Part shown: piece by piece, positions 1 to 8,280 of the stretch | Numbering within the stretch: the first letter of the stretch is position 1 | Layout of the letters: every line of letters begins with the position of its first letter | Source of the DNA: a virus | DNA length: 18,367 bases | Virus genome (UHGV): UHGV-0120185 | Strand: one strand, 5' to 3' | Program-made: the position numbers and the translations under genes | The notes under the pieces: model-generated | Seen by the model: only the letters and a program-made list of their open reading frames with translations | What the model was told of the DNA's origin: nothing | The model's database searches: none

Positions 1-1456
1 ACTTACAGCTCAGTCTGCCACCCCGTGTCAGCAGGGAGACTGCGTCATCCACCGGGCGCGTCAGGGACCAGGCTTTATTGCTCTGCTTGGTGATCTTAAA
101 TACACCCTCTGACAACTGAATTCCGCCATTCTTAATGCTCCAGCCCTGCGCAGCAGCATCTCCGGCTGTCGGCAACAGGGAGATTGTGCGTACGGATGCA
201 TCTTCAGACGGCCCCGATGGCGTGTCGCCGCCGGGCGAGGGTTTGATTTCCGGTGCCTTACCACTGATGAAGGCTAAGGTGCGACCGGCTACGTTCAGAA
301 TAGCGGTTGCCATACGATCGGGAATAATGCCACGACGCGCCCATGAGCTGAAATGCGTCTGGCGATTTGATGATACCCAGTTTTTGTTCGTTCGGGATGC
401 CGAACCGTAATATCCCTCACTTGCAGCATCCGGATCTTCCGTTGGTGCGTTGGTGGAGGTATTGTTGCCACTACCATCGGTCAGGAACGGCACAAAGAAA
501 ACGTTGTCGCTCTCCCTGTTTTTGTACGCCCCGTAAATGGTGTCGTACTGCGTGCCGTAGGTGTTTTTCCAGTAATACGTCGTGTCACCACAAATCCATG
601 GCACACTTGCCGCTCTGCCTCCATGACACTGCGTGTTAAACTCGGTAATGTCCGCACGAAACTGTTTCAGCATGGCCGTAAACAGCGGAGGTTGCTGTGA
701 GTACGTAGCGGCGCTCATGTCAAATTCGCCCTGCATCCAGCATACGGCCAGCAGCATGTTTTTTGGGTTTTTCTGCAATGCGGCCTTCGTGCGCAAAATC
801 AGGTCCTGATATAAAGGTTTACCCACACCCCAGCGAGCCGAATCCTGACTGGCTCCTGTGGACTCGCTGAATGTCCCCTCCGCGCCCAGGGTGAATGCCG
901 AACCACCACGACAGCATGGAACCAGTAAAATCCCGGCATTCTGTGGAATGTAAGGCAACAGGCGTTTGGCAATATGCAAGCCCTGTCCGACACAGCCATA
1001 CTGCCCTTTGCTCAGGTCTGCATTCGGGTGATTCAGTGCGCTCATATCCTGAACATCATGCAGGCAGTGGTCTGCCGGAATGATGTCGTTAAATGCGCAT
1101 GCTTTACCACCGGGAGTCACTGTGTTGCGACGGGCCAGTTGCTTAATGCGTGGGTGGGGCGCATCGTAAGAATCCGGCAGCGGCATTCCCTCACCATATG
1201 ACATGGCATTGGATTGACCAGCAAGTACCACCACGTAATACCACTCCGGCACGCTGCCGTGCTGGGGGGAATCAGGTGAGATGTCTGTAGTGCCATCGGC
1301 CACCATTGCCTGCATTAGATACCACGGGGTGCCGGGTTCGTAGGCAACCCGCGTCTCCCCCTGAAGATGCCACCCTTTCGCAAGATGTTCATTCACCTTT
1401 TGAGTCAGTTCAGCCTGTGTCATGGCTGTAATCAGTGCAAAGTTCTTACTGGTCAT
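1..1456 (-). CDS. NanS-like sialate O-acetylesterase (SGNH/SASA family), 3'-truncated by window start; at least 485 aa
   Basis: Hand translation of the minus strand from ATG at 1456 to position 1 has no stop. GQSN-type motif 'VVLAGQSNAMSYGEGMPLP', 'PCCRGGSAF', 'CWMQGEFD' and 'GDTTYYWK' match my recollection of E. coli NanS/YjhS and prophage NanS-p. N-terminal ~60 aa resemble the DUF1737-like leader. Start ATG overlaps the o-spanin stop (ATGA); RBS GGGAG upstream. Absent from the ORF track because it runs off the window. Confidence 0.7.
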   Translation of the reverse strand, partial: MTSKNFALITAMTQAELTQKVNEHLAKGWHLQGETRVAYEPGTPWYLMQAMVADGTTDISPDSPQHGSVPEWYYVVVLAGQSNAMSYGEGMPLPDSYDAPHPRIKQLARRNTVTPGGKACAFNDIIPADHCLHDVQDMSALNHPNADLSKGQYGCVGQGLHIAKRLLPYIPQNAGILLVPCCRGGSAFTLGAEGTFSESTGASQDSARWGVGKPLYQDLILRTKAALQKNPKNMLLAVCWMQGEFDMSAATYSQQPPLFTAMLKQFRADITEFNTQCHGGRAASVPWICGDTTYYWKNTYGTQYDTIYGAYKNRESDNVFFVPFLTDGSGNNTSTNAPTEDPDAASEGYYGSASRTNKNWVSSNRQTHFSSWARRGIIPDRMATAILNVAGRTLAFISGKAPEIKPSPGGDTPSGPSEDASVRTISLLPTAGDAAAQGWSIKNGGIQLSEGVFKITKQSNKAWSLTRPVDDAVSLLTRGGRLSCK

Positions 1457-1764
1457 TGTGTTACTCCCGTCTGGTGTGTCAGTTCGGCTATTCTCTTATC
1501 CAGTTCAGCAATGGCCCGTTTATCCGCGTTACAGGTTTCCAGTGCATCCAGAAGGCGGTCGCCCCATATTCCGAGGTTTCCCCATGTGGGTGGGTCAGGG
1601 AAGGGGGGAGGCGTTACCGGCATGGTCAGCGTCTGCGGTATAAGCCGGACTGACGGCGCTGGCCCTGGCGCGTTCTGCGTGCCTGCGCAACCTGTCAGTA
1701 AAACGAGCGTCAGGCAAAGCGTGGGCGCATTCATCTTTTGCAATATCGTTGCGTAGCTGTTCAC
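1453..1764 (-). CDS. o-spanin (Rz1/LysC-like outer-membrane lipoprotein)
   Basis: Lipobox 'LTLVLLTGCAG' after a short leader (probable start at the second Met, ~1734). Proline-rich mature part. Begins inside the i-spanin gene in another frame and extends past its stop, the overlapped spanin architecture. Confidence 0.6.
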   Translation of the reverse strand: MNSYATILQKMNAPTLCLTLVLLTGCAGTQNAPGPAPSVRLIPQTLTMPVTPPPFPDPPTWGNLGIWGDRLLDALETCNADKRAIAELDKRIAELTHQTGVTQ

Positions 1765-2002
1765 GTCTTACCTCTCCGTCCTGATTGCGTTGCTGATTTT
1801 CCGCGCGGAGCTGAGCCAGCACCTGCTGCATATCCTGTACCCCGGCGCTGATGATATTCAGTGTGTCGACGGTACTTTTCAGGGTGCTGGTCTGCGCTTC
1901 GTTTCTGGCGTTCTCCCGGCCCAGCGACCATGACAGACGCATGGATGTTCCCCATGCGGCAATCAGAAGGAAAGTGACGCCAAGCGTGGGCCAGAGCTTC
2001 AT
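1595..2002 (-). CDS. i-spanin (Rz/LysB-like), start at internal Met of the track ORF
   Basis: N-terminal TM 'MKLWPTLGVTFLLIAAWG' then coiled-coil-like Q/R/E-rich segment. ATG at 2002 overlaps the endolysin TGA stop (ATGA). Position directly after the endolysin. Confidence 0.6.
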   Translation of the reverse strand: MKLWPTLGVTFLLIAAWGTSMRLSWSLGRENARNEAQTSTLKSTVDTLNIISAGVQDMQQVLAQLRAENQQRNQDGEVRREQLRNDIAKDECAHALPDARFTDRLRRHAERARASAVSPAYTADADHAGNASPLP

Positions 2003-2391
2003 GCCGGATAGGCTCCGTGTGGTAACTGAAAATGCGGTCCGTCTTTCAGGGTCTTCCAGTCGCCGCCCCATTCCACCGGAATATTCAGTTCCCGGCTGGC
2101 CTGTCTGAATGCTGCTGCGATTTTTTCGTACAGCGGCCATTCCCATGACACCTGGCTGCCAACATAAGCCACAACATCCACGGCATGCCCTGTGAGATGG
2201 CGACTGTTCATGGTCTGGCTCTTGCCTGTGGTCACGAGCTGCTTCTGACGATAACGACTGCGCAATCCTTCGGTGATACCAAAATCCACTTCCGAAATTT
2301 CCAGTGCCCGTCGGGTCACTTTCACCAGATCAGGATTTACGCCCTGCAAATTCTTTTCGCTCCGGCTGCTGAATTTAAATGTGTTGCTCAT
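1999..2391 (-). CDS. endolysin, peptidase M15 family (L-alanyl-D-glutamate peptidase-like)
   Basis: Zinc-ligand motif 'SRHLTGHAVDV' (SxHxxGxAxD) and downstream 'DGPHFQ'. 130 aa, between holin and spanins. Start ATG overlaps the holin stop (ATGA). Confidence 0.8.
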   Translation of the reverse strand: MSNTFKFSSRSEKNLQGVNPDLVKVTRRALEISEVDFGITEGLRSRYRQKQLVTTGKSQTMNSRHLTGHAVDVVAYVGSQVSWEWPLYEKIAAAFRQASRELNIPVEWGGDWKTLKDGPHFQLPHGAYPA

Positions 2392-2711
2392 TCGTCCTTC
2401 TCCTTCACCCTGCGATTAAAGGCCGCAATAACCTTGTCGCGTGCTTTCTCTGCCCCCATAAAACCGATTGATGCGCCGATAAACGTCACGGCATCTTCAG
2501 GAAAACCGAAGAAGCGCAACGACCCGGCCACGGCCATGGCAAGAACGCCGCACGCCAGCGATCCCGTTACGGTCTGAACCAGTGTTCGTCCGTCATAAAG
2601 ACTCATCAGCGCGGAAATGCTGACCGCCGCGCCTACTGCATACACCGTTGGCAGGTGGTCAAAGAGCCATGCAATAACCTGTTCTGTGATCCCTGTTTGA
2701 ATGGTGCTCAC
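2388..2711 (-). CDS. holin (P2 gpY-like), GTG start
   Basis: 107 aa from GTG at 2711 with RBS GGAG 5 nt upstream, directly after the gpX TAG stop. Three hydrophobic segments and a charged C-terminus (RRVKEKDE). The longer track ORF (start 2930) would overlap gpX/gpL and is rejected. Confidence 0.6.
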   Translation of the reverse strand: MSTIQTGITEQVIAWLFDHLPTVYAVGAAVSISALMSLYDGRTLVQTVTGSLACGVLAMAVAGSLRFFGFPEDAVTFIGASIGFMGAEKARDKVIAAFNRRVKEKDE

Positions 2712-2713
2712 TG

Positions 2714-2914
2714 CTACTCCCCCCACAACTGAATCATTTCTCGTTTCTTCTTCTCCGGCTCCGGCATCTCCACTTCCTGCCCGGCGTCCAGAAATACCTG
2801 CTGACAGAGTCCGGGGTTGGCATCCAGCACCTTTTCGGTGACGCCCTGCGTCGTGCCGTAGTACCGGAAACAGAGCGAATCCACGGTGTCGCCTTCCAGT
2901 GCCTTCACTTTCAT
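2714..2914 (-). CDS. X: P2 gpX-like tail protein X (LysM-like)
   Basis: 'LEGDTVDSLCFRYYGTTQGVTEKVLDANPGL' matches the gpX family signature as recalled. 66 aa from internal Met; start overlaps the gpL stop by 1 nt. Confidence 0.75.
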   Translation of the reverse strand: MKVKALEGDTVDSLCFRYYGTTQGVTEKVLDANPGLCQQVFLDAGQEVEMPEPEKKKREMIQLWGE

Positions 2915-3417
2915 CAGCACAACTCCGCAAAGATTCGCGGGCGGCACAGAATGTCAGAGATGGCCCAGCTCACATCACGCCACAAATCCGATGTCTGTAT
3001 ATCCAGAGCGTCCGCCCGGCGGTCGCCCTTGTCCGTTGTGTCTGCATCACGATAACGCTCCAGAATCAGGGCGCGCGTGGCGGTATAAACAGCATTGCGC
3101 CAGTGCCAGAGATTGACGCTTTCTCCGTTAATTACAGGGGCCGGAACATCGGCCAGCGTCTGATGGCCAGCCGCCTGCTGTTCCTGCTGCCACGCTTCCA
3201 GCTCGCGGGTAACGTGTGCCACGGCCCCGGTGGCGGTATGCAGCAGGCGGGAGGTGGTCACACGGCCCGGCAGTCGTACCGCCAGACGCAGCTCACGCAG
3301 CACAATATCCGGCCAGAATGCACCCGCTGAAATACGGGTATCACCATCATCGGTATCGGTGATGTCGTCCTCTGCGGGTCCGGGGTTGGTTCTGGCAACC
3401 ATACTCATGGGGTTCAC
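2914..3417 (-). CDS. L: P2 gpL-like head completion/stabilisation protein
   Basis: 'LADVPAPVINGES', 'ERYRDADTTDKGDRRADALD', 'DLWRDVSWAISDI' align with P2 gpL as recalled. RBS AGGAG 8 nt upstream of ATG at 3417. Confidence 0.8.
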   Translation of the reverse strand: MNPMSMVARTNPGPAEDDITDTDDGDTRISAGAFWPDIVLRELRLAVRLPGRVTTSRLLHTATGAVAHVTRELEAWQQEQQAAGHQTLADVPAPVINGESVNLWHWRNAVYTATRALILERYRDADTTDKGDRRADALDIQTSDLWRDVSWAISDILCRPRIFAELC

Positions 3418-3509
3418 TCCTGAAAAAATCGGGCGGTGGGTGCGCGGTGTAAACGGTCACGGAGTCAAACCGGAACACCGCGCACGCCGCCCGCTGACGG
3501 GGTCAGTCG

Positions 3510-3977
3510 TTAACCGCGCTTCGCCTTCTGCGTCGCGGTGGTTTTTCGTGTTGCAGGCTTCCGCGTTGTCTTTTTACTTTTGCTGCTTTCGTCCTGCGCC
3601 TGCGGTGTGCTGGCATCTTCTGGTGCGGCTGCGGAATCGGCTTTTTTCAGGGCGCGGGAAAGGGTTGCAATCTCGCGTTTCACACCTGCGTTCGGGTTAC
3701 GGCGTTTGATGCCGTCATAACTGCTATTCGTGCGCGCAATTGGCCCGGTGGTGTCCAGGAGGATTTTTTCGCCTTTCTGGTCGGTCACGCCGATCACGTT
3801 AATTCTTTTCGTAAATTCGGTACTTTCCTTTGAGGCGTTTTCAAAACGCTGCTGCACCGCGGGTTCCACGGTAAATCGCGATACCAGTGCAGATACCGGG
3901 ATATTGTTAAGCGACGCCTGCTGCGCCATATAGCAACCCAGCTTGTTGCGGGTAATATCTGACATCACCAGATTCAT
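3510..3977 (-). pseudogene. in-frame fusion of capsid gpN N-terminus with small terminase gpM C-terminus (deletion remnant)
   Basis: Residues ~30-95 ('FTVEPAVQQRFENASKESTEFTKRINVIGVTDQKGEKILLDTTGPIARTN') match the N-terminal region of P2 major capsid gpN. Residues ~105-155 ('AGVKREIATLSRALK...TTRKPATRKTTATQKAKRG') match the basic C-terminal tail of gpM. Only 155 aa, where N plus M normally span about 600 aa. Confidence 0.6.
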
Positions 3978-4000
3978 AAAAAATTTGCTCCTTTGTCTTA

Positions 4001-4837
4001 TCAGAAGTCAGCCAGCTGGTCGGAGGCTGCGCCCGTTGCGGTGAAGCGGTTCTGCGGATCGCCGTCCTGCGTGCGCAGTTTTTCCGTCAGAGCTGTCAGC
4101 TCTGTGGTCAGTGACGTGATTTTCTTGCTGTCCTGCTGATGGCGGGTTTCCAGCACATTAAAACGGTCGATAATGTCGGCCTGTGACGTTGCGACGCCTT
4201 CCACCGCTTCCTGAATACGGGAGAAACTGGCGTCATCCGCTTTGCGGCCACGACCAATAATCCCCATTACGCGGTTAAACCACTGGGTGCCTTCTTCCTG
4301 GCGTTGTTCTGCCATTTCGATGATTTCAGACTCGATGGCTTCGGAGATAAGCGGTGCTTCACCCTGGATACTGTTGAACGTCATCACCGCCTGACGCTGC
4401 TGTGCCGTGAATTTCAGGCGCTCAGTGCCCAGGCTTGCCGGGGTGTCGGTCATCGCCAGCCCGACCAGATAGGCGCGCCCGTTAACGGAGAACTGCGGGT
4501 GCAGTTCGATACTGGAATAGATTTTCTTGCCGTCAGCGACAAGCTGCTTCATGCGCTCGGTCGGTTCGATTTCTGCATACAGCGCAGTACGTCCGGCCAG
4601 CGGGCCTTCCGTAATATCTTCCGTACTCAGCGCGGTGACATCGCCCATTGCGGAAAATTCGCTTGACGGGCATGGCGAGAGATAGTGCTCAACGTTCACG
4701 CGGGCAGCGTAAACATCCGGGTTGAAGTTCTCGGCGGCTTCACGCAGATGTACCGGGCTGATTTCGCGGCCATCAACAGTTGATCCGGAGACAGCCACGC
4801 GAAACTTTTTGCGGGATGTCTTTTTTTCATTAGCCAT
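4001..4837 (-). CDS. O: P2 gpO-like capsid scaffolding protein
   Basis: 'YLVGLAMTDTPASLGTERL' and overall collinearity with P2 gpO as recalled. Start at second Met (4837) with RBS GAGGGG ~9 nt upstream; 278 aa. Confidence 0.85.
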   Translation of the reverse strand: MANEKKTSRKKFRVAVSGSTVDGREISPVHLREAAENFNPDVYAARVNVEHYLSPCPSSEFSAMGDVTALSTEDITEGPLAGRTALYAEIEPTERMKQLVADGKKIYSSIELHPQFSVNGRAYLVGLAMTDTPASLGTERLKFTAQQRQAVMTFNSIQGEAPLISEAIESEIIEMAEQRQEEGTQWFNRVMGIIGRGRKADDASFSRIQEAVEGVATSQADIIDRFNVLETRHQQDSKKITSLTTELTALTEKLRTQDGDPQNRFTATGAASDQLADF

Positions 4838-4991
4838 AGTTTTTGCCCCTCTGACTGGTTCTTCAGTCATGATGGCAAAGCGTAACAGGCTGATACAAAG
4901 GGCTTTTGTTGTAAGAAAACGGCCAGAACAGGGGGTTAAGGAGAACGGTTTCGCGCGCGGGTAATCTTCCTGTAATTACTCAGGGGGAGCA

Positions 4992-6743
4992 ATGATTCAG
5001 GACGCTTTTGTGCGCCAGCGTGCGCGGCAACTTTACTGGCAGGGTTATCCGCCCGCAGAAATATCACGTCTGATGGGAATAAACCCGAACACGATTTATG
5101 CGTGGAAAAAACGCGACCAGTGGGATGAAACGCCACCCGTGCAGCGTGTCACGCAGTCCATCGATGCGCGCCTCATCCAGCTTACTGAAAAACAGAATAA
5201 AACAGGCGGTGACTTTAAGGAAATAGACCTGCTGACCCGGCAGCTTAAAAAGCTGCATGATGGCCAGCCGGATGTGACGGCCGCAGGAAAGAAAGGCCGG
5301 GCGAAAAAACTCAAAAATCATTTCACGCCGGAACAGATTGCCGCACTGCGGGAAAAAATCATCAGCAGGCTGGAGTGGCATCAGCGGGGCTGGTTTGACA
5401 CCCTGACCCTTTGCAGGGAAGCCGGGATACGTAACAGGATGATCCTGAAATCCCGACAGATTGGGGCGACCTGGTATTTTGCACAGGAAGCTCTGCTGAT
5501 GGCGCTGCGTGACGATGTGGCGCAACCTTACCAGCGTAACCAGATTTTTTTGTCTGCGTCGCGTCGTCAGGCGTTCCAGTTTAAAAGCATTATTCAGAAG
5601 GCCGCGGCTGAAGTTGATGTGGAGCTGAAAGGGGGCGATAAAATCATCCTCTCCAACGGCGCAGAGCTGCATTTTCTCGGCACTTCTGCTGCGTCGGCAC
5701 AGTCCTATACGGGCAATTTTTATTTTGATGAATTTTTCTGGGTCAGTCGCTTTGCTGAACTGCGCAAGGTGGCTGGCGCTATGGCAACCCTCAGCGGACT
5801 GCGGCGCACCTACTTTTCCACGCCATCCACCGAAACGCACGAGGCATACGCCTACTGGAACGGCGACCGCTGGAACGAGAAAAAGGCCTCGCATAAACGC
5901 CAGCGTTTTTCTGTGGACTGGAAAACGCTGCATAACGGGCTTATCTGCCCTGACCGGACGTGGCGGCAAATTGTCACGCTGGAAGATGTGGTTAATCACG
6001 GCTGGAAACACACCGATATCGACGAAATTCGTGATGAAAACACCGAAGATGAGTTCCTCAATCTCTATATGTGTGAGTTTGTCCGCGAAGGGGAATCGGC
6101 ATTTAACCTGAATATCCTGATTGGCTGCGGTGTTGACGGATACGACGACTGGAAAGACTGGAAACCTTTTGCTCCCCGCCCGATGGGGAATCGTCCGGTA
6201 TGGATTGGGTATGACGCAAACGGCAGCAGTGGAAACGGCGACAGCGGCGCTGTGTCCGTGGTGGTTCCTCCGGCTGTTCCTGGAGGCCGTTTTCGAACGG
6301 TGGAGACGCGACGCGTTCAGGGGCTGGAGTTTGAAGAACAGGCCAGAGTCATTGAAGAGTTCACGTGTCGCTACAACGTGGAACACATCGGCATTGATGT
6401 GACAGGCGGGAACGGGGAGGCTGTTTATCAGATAGTGAAACGGTTTTTCCCTGCTGCTATTCCGTACACCTTCACGCTGTCATCAAAACGGTCGCTGGTA
6501 CTGAAAATGCTGCAAATAATGCGTGCCGGGCGGTGGGAATACGATCGCGCCGAACGCGAGCTGGTCGCAGCCTTTAACGCCGTGCGTAAGGTGAAAACAC
6601 CGGGCGGCTTTATCACTTACGAAACGGACCGCGCGAGGGGGATCAGCCACGGCGACCTTGCGTGGGCAACCATGCTTGCTGTCATTAACGAACCAATTGG
6701 CGGCGAAGGAGAAAACGAGCGTTTCACGGTTATGGAGTTCTGA
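4992..6743 (+). CDS. P: P2 gpP-like terminase ATPase (large) subunit
   Basis: 583 aa, divergent from O as in P2. RBS GGGGGAG before ATG. Terminase-like nuclease region 'WIGYDANGSSGNGDSGAVSVV'. Confidence 0.9.
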   Translation: MIQDAFVRQRARQLYWQGYPPAEISRLMGINPNTIYAWKKRDQWDETPPVQRVTQSIDARLIQLTEKQNKTGGDFKEIDLLTRQLKKLHDGQPDVTAAGKKGRAKKLKNHFTPEQIAALREKIISRLEWHQRGWFDTLTLCREAGIRNRMILKSRQIGATWYFAQEALLMALRDDVAQPYQRNQIFLSASRRQAFQFKSIIQKAAAEVDVELKGGDKIILSNGAELHFLGTSAASAQSYTGNFYFDEFFWVSRFAELRKVAGAMATLSGLRRTYFSTPSTETHEAYAYWNGDRWNEKKASHKRQRFSVDWKTLHNGLICPDRTWRQIVTLEDVVNHGWKHTDIDEIRDENTEDEFLNLYMCEFVREGESAFNLNILIGCGVDGYDDWKDWKPFAPRPMGNRPVWIGYDANGSSGNGDSGAVSVVVPPAVPGGRFRTVETRRVQGLEFEEQARVIEEFTCRYNVEHIGIDVTGGNGEAVYQIVKRFFPAAIPYTFTLSSKRSLVLKMLQIMRAGRWEYDRAERELVAAFNAVRKVKTPGGFITYETDRARGISHGDLAWATMLAVINEPIGGEGENERFTVMEF

Positions 6744-7789
6744 TGAGCAGAAAAAATAAAAAAGTGCGCATGAGTTCACGCATTGATCTCGCTGATGCGC
6801 TCAGGAAAGAATCATCGCTCAGTGCATTCACATTTGATGGTCCTTATCGCCTGACCGGGCATGACCTGCTGGACAATATGTACTGTGCTGATAACGGGCG
6901 GTGGTATGAAACACCGGTGGACTGGTACGGTCTGGCAAGAGCTGCCCGGCAAACGTCCTGGCATCAGTCTGCGCTTTACTTTAAGCGCAATGTATTACTC
7001 GGTTGCTACATCCCGCACCCGCTGCTTTCCCGGCAGGATTTCTCGGCGCTGGCGCTGGACTGGTTTGTGTTCGGTAACGCATTCCTTGAGCTTCGAAGCA
7101 ATATGCTCGGCGAACCGCTTAAATTACGGCACGCCCTGGCGAAATACATGCGACGCGGAAGCGATCTTGAATCATGGTGGTATGTGCAGGATGGTAAGGA
7201 TGCGTTTCAGTTTCGCCCAGGCAAAGTGTGCCACCTGATGAATCCTGACATTAACCAGGAAATCTACGGCATGCCGGAATATCTTGGCGCATTACTCTCG
7301 GCCAGCCTGTCTCATTCGGCGGACATGTTCAGAAAACTGTATTACGACAACGGATCCCATGCCGGGTGCATCATCTACATCGGTGCAGCGCAGGTAAACC
7401 GCGAAAGCATGGACTCCCTGAAAGAAACGTTACAGGGTGCGCGTGGTGGCGGTGCGTTTAAAAACGTGCTCATTCATGCGCCCAACGGGGGCAAAGAGGG
7501 GGTGCAAATTTTGCCGTTCCAGCAGATCACCGCAAAGGATGAGTTCATGAATGTTAAGGCGGCATCCCGTGATGATGTGCTGGCTGCGCACCGCGTTCCG
7601 CCGCAACTGATGGGGGCGATGCCGGGCGAAAAAAGTGCGTTTGGTGATGTGGAGAAGGCCGCGCGGGTTTACGCAATTAACGAACTGATGCCCGTCATGG
7701 AGGCCATGAAGCACATCAATGACTGGCTTGGCGAAAAGGTGATCCGCTTTAACCCTTACGCACTGTTAGACACCCAGCCCACATCCTGA
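6743..7789 (+). CDS. Q: P2 gpQ-like portal protein
   Basis: 348 aa immediately after P with overlapping TGATG junction. Size and position match P2 Q, reading toward cos. Confidence 0.85.
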   Translation: MSRKNKKVRMSSRIDLADALRKESSLSAFTFDGPYRLTGHDLLDNMYCADNGRWYETPVDWYGLARAARQTSWHQSALYFKRNVLLGCYIPHPLLSRQDFSALALDWFVFGNAFLELRSNMLGEPLKLRHALAKYMRRGSDLESWWYVQDGKDAFQFRPGKVCHLMNPDINQEIYGMPEYLGALLSASLSHSADMFRKLYYDNGSHAGCIIYIGAAQVNRESMDSLKETLQGARGGGAFKNVLIHAPNGGKEGVQILPFQQITAKDEFMNVKAASRDDVLAAHRVPPQLMGAMPGEKSAFGDVEKAARVYAINELMPVMEAMKHINDWLGEKVIRFNPYALLDTQPTS

Positions 7790-7814
7790 CGCGCTTCGCT
7801 TGTCTGCTGCTTCG

Positions 7815-7841
7815 CCGGGGCATAAAAAATTTATGCCCCGG
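7815..7841 (+). terminator. perfect 12-bp-stem hairpin downstream of Q (CCGGGGCATAAA-aaa-TTTATGCCCCGG)
   Basis: Perfect inverted repeat read directly from sequence, 26 nt after the Q stop. No clear U-tract, so function as terminator is inferred. Confidence 0.4.
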
Positions 7842-8213
7842 CTCTCCAGCTCCTGTATCAATCAGATAATTTCACGACGCTTTCCTGCTGATTGCCATCA
7901 TCGACAGTCAGACTCTTACGCAATCCCACCGCGTTGACTGCATGTTCTCGCCGTCTCAGTGCGATTTTGACGGCCTTACCTTTCACCCCATCAAATCAAA
8001 AGCCCTCACGTCTTTTTCACGCTCAGCGTGAGAAATACAGCCATTCTGTTGTATCTCTGCGACATCGTTCAGGGAATGCTATTTACCCCCTGAAACGCGG
8101 GCTGTTCCCCCGTCACCTGCGCGCAGAAAAAACGCGTTTTTTTGTGCACGCACGGATCCCTGACGGATCCAGCCGCCACGCGGGCCGGAAGGGCAAAAAG
8201 TCGTTCAAAAAAA

Positions 8214-8240
8214 TTGTGCAAATTTGTGCACTATTGTGCA
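8214..8240. repeat. three direct TTGTGCA repeats phased at exactly 10 bp
   Basis: TTGTGCA at 8214-8220, 8224-8230 and 8234-8240, read directly. Confidence 0.55.
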
Positions 8241-8250
8241 TTGAAATAAA

Positions 8251-8271
8251 CGCCCTGGAAGAGGGCGTTTT
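8251..8271 (-). terminator. rho-independent-like terminator for the minus-strand accessory operon (possibly bidirectional)
   Basis: Hairpin CGCCCT-ggaag-AGGGCG 14 nt after the stop of the 112-aa gene, with T-rich tracts on both sides. Confidence 0.5.
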
Positions 8272-8280
8272 GGCTCATTT

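Larger units (their letters stand above)
7790..8250. other. cos-proximal non-coding region (expected location of the packaging site)
   Basis: By P2 synteny cos lies between the Q stop and the tin/old-equivalent locus. Region is ORF-poor and rich in palindromes (AAAAAACGCGTTTTTTT around 8127-8143; tandem GGATCC near 8153-8169). The canonical P2 19-nt cohesive end was not found. Confidence 0.3.

Noticed and set aside
2388-2930. Long 180-aa version of the holin ORF starting at 2930
   Set aside because: The upstream 73 codons overlap gpX and gpL in another frame and are Arg/Gly-rich. A GTG with a good RBS immediately after the gpX stop gives a holin-sized 107-aa product.
4838-4991. Ogr-type late-promoter element (TGT-N12-ACA) in the O/P divergent intergenic region
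   Set aside because: Looked for the P2 late-promoter dyad; only imperfect candidates (e.g. TGT-N12-AGA). Divergent late promoters are expected here by synteny but cannot be pinned down from sequence alone.
5064-6386. 440-aa minus-strand ORF inside the terminase P gene
   Set aside because: Entirely antisense to a well-supported conserved gene; its translation is low-complexity and Arg/Pro-rich with no recognisable motif; no RBS context. Typical shadow ORF in GC-rich coding DNA.
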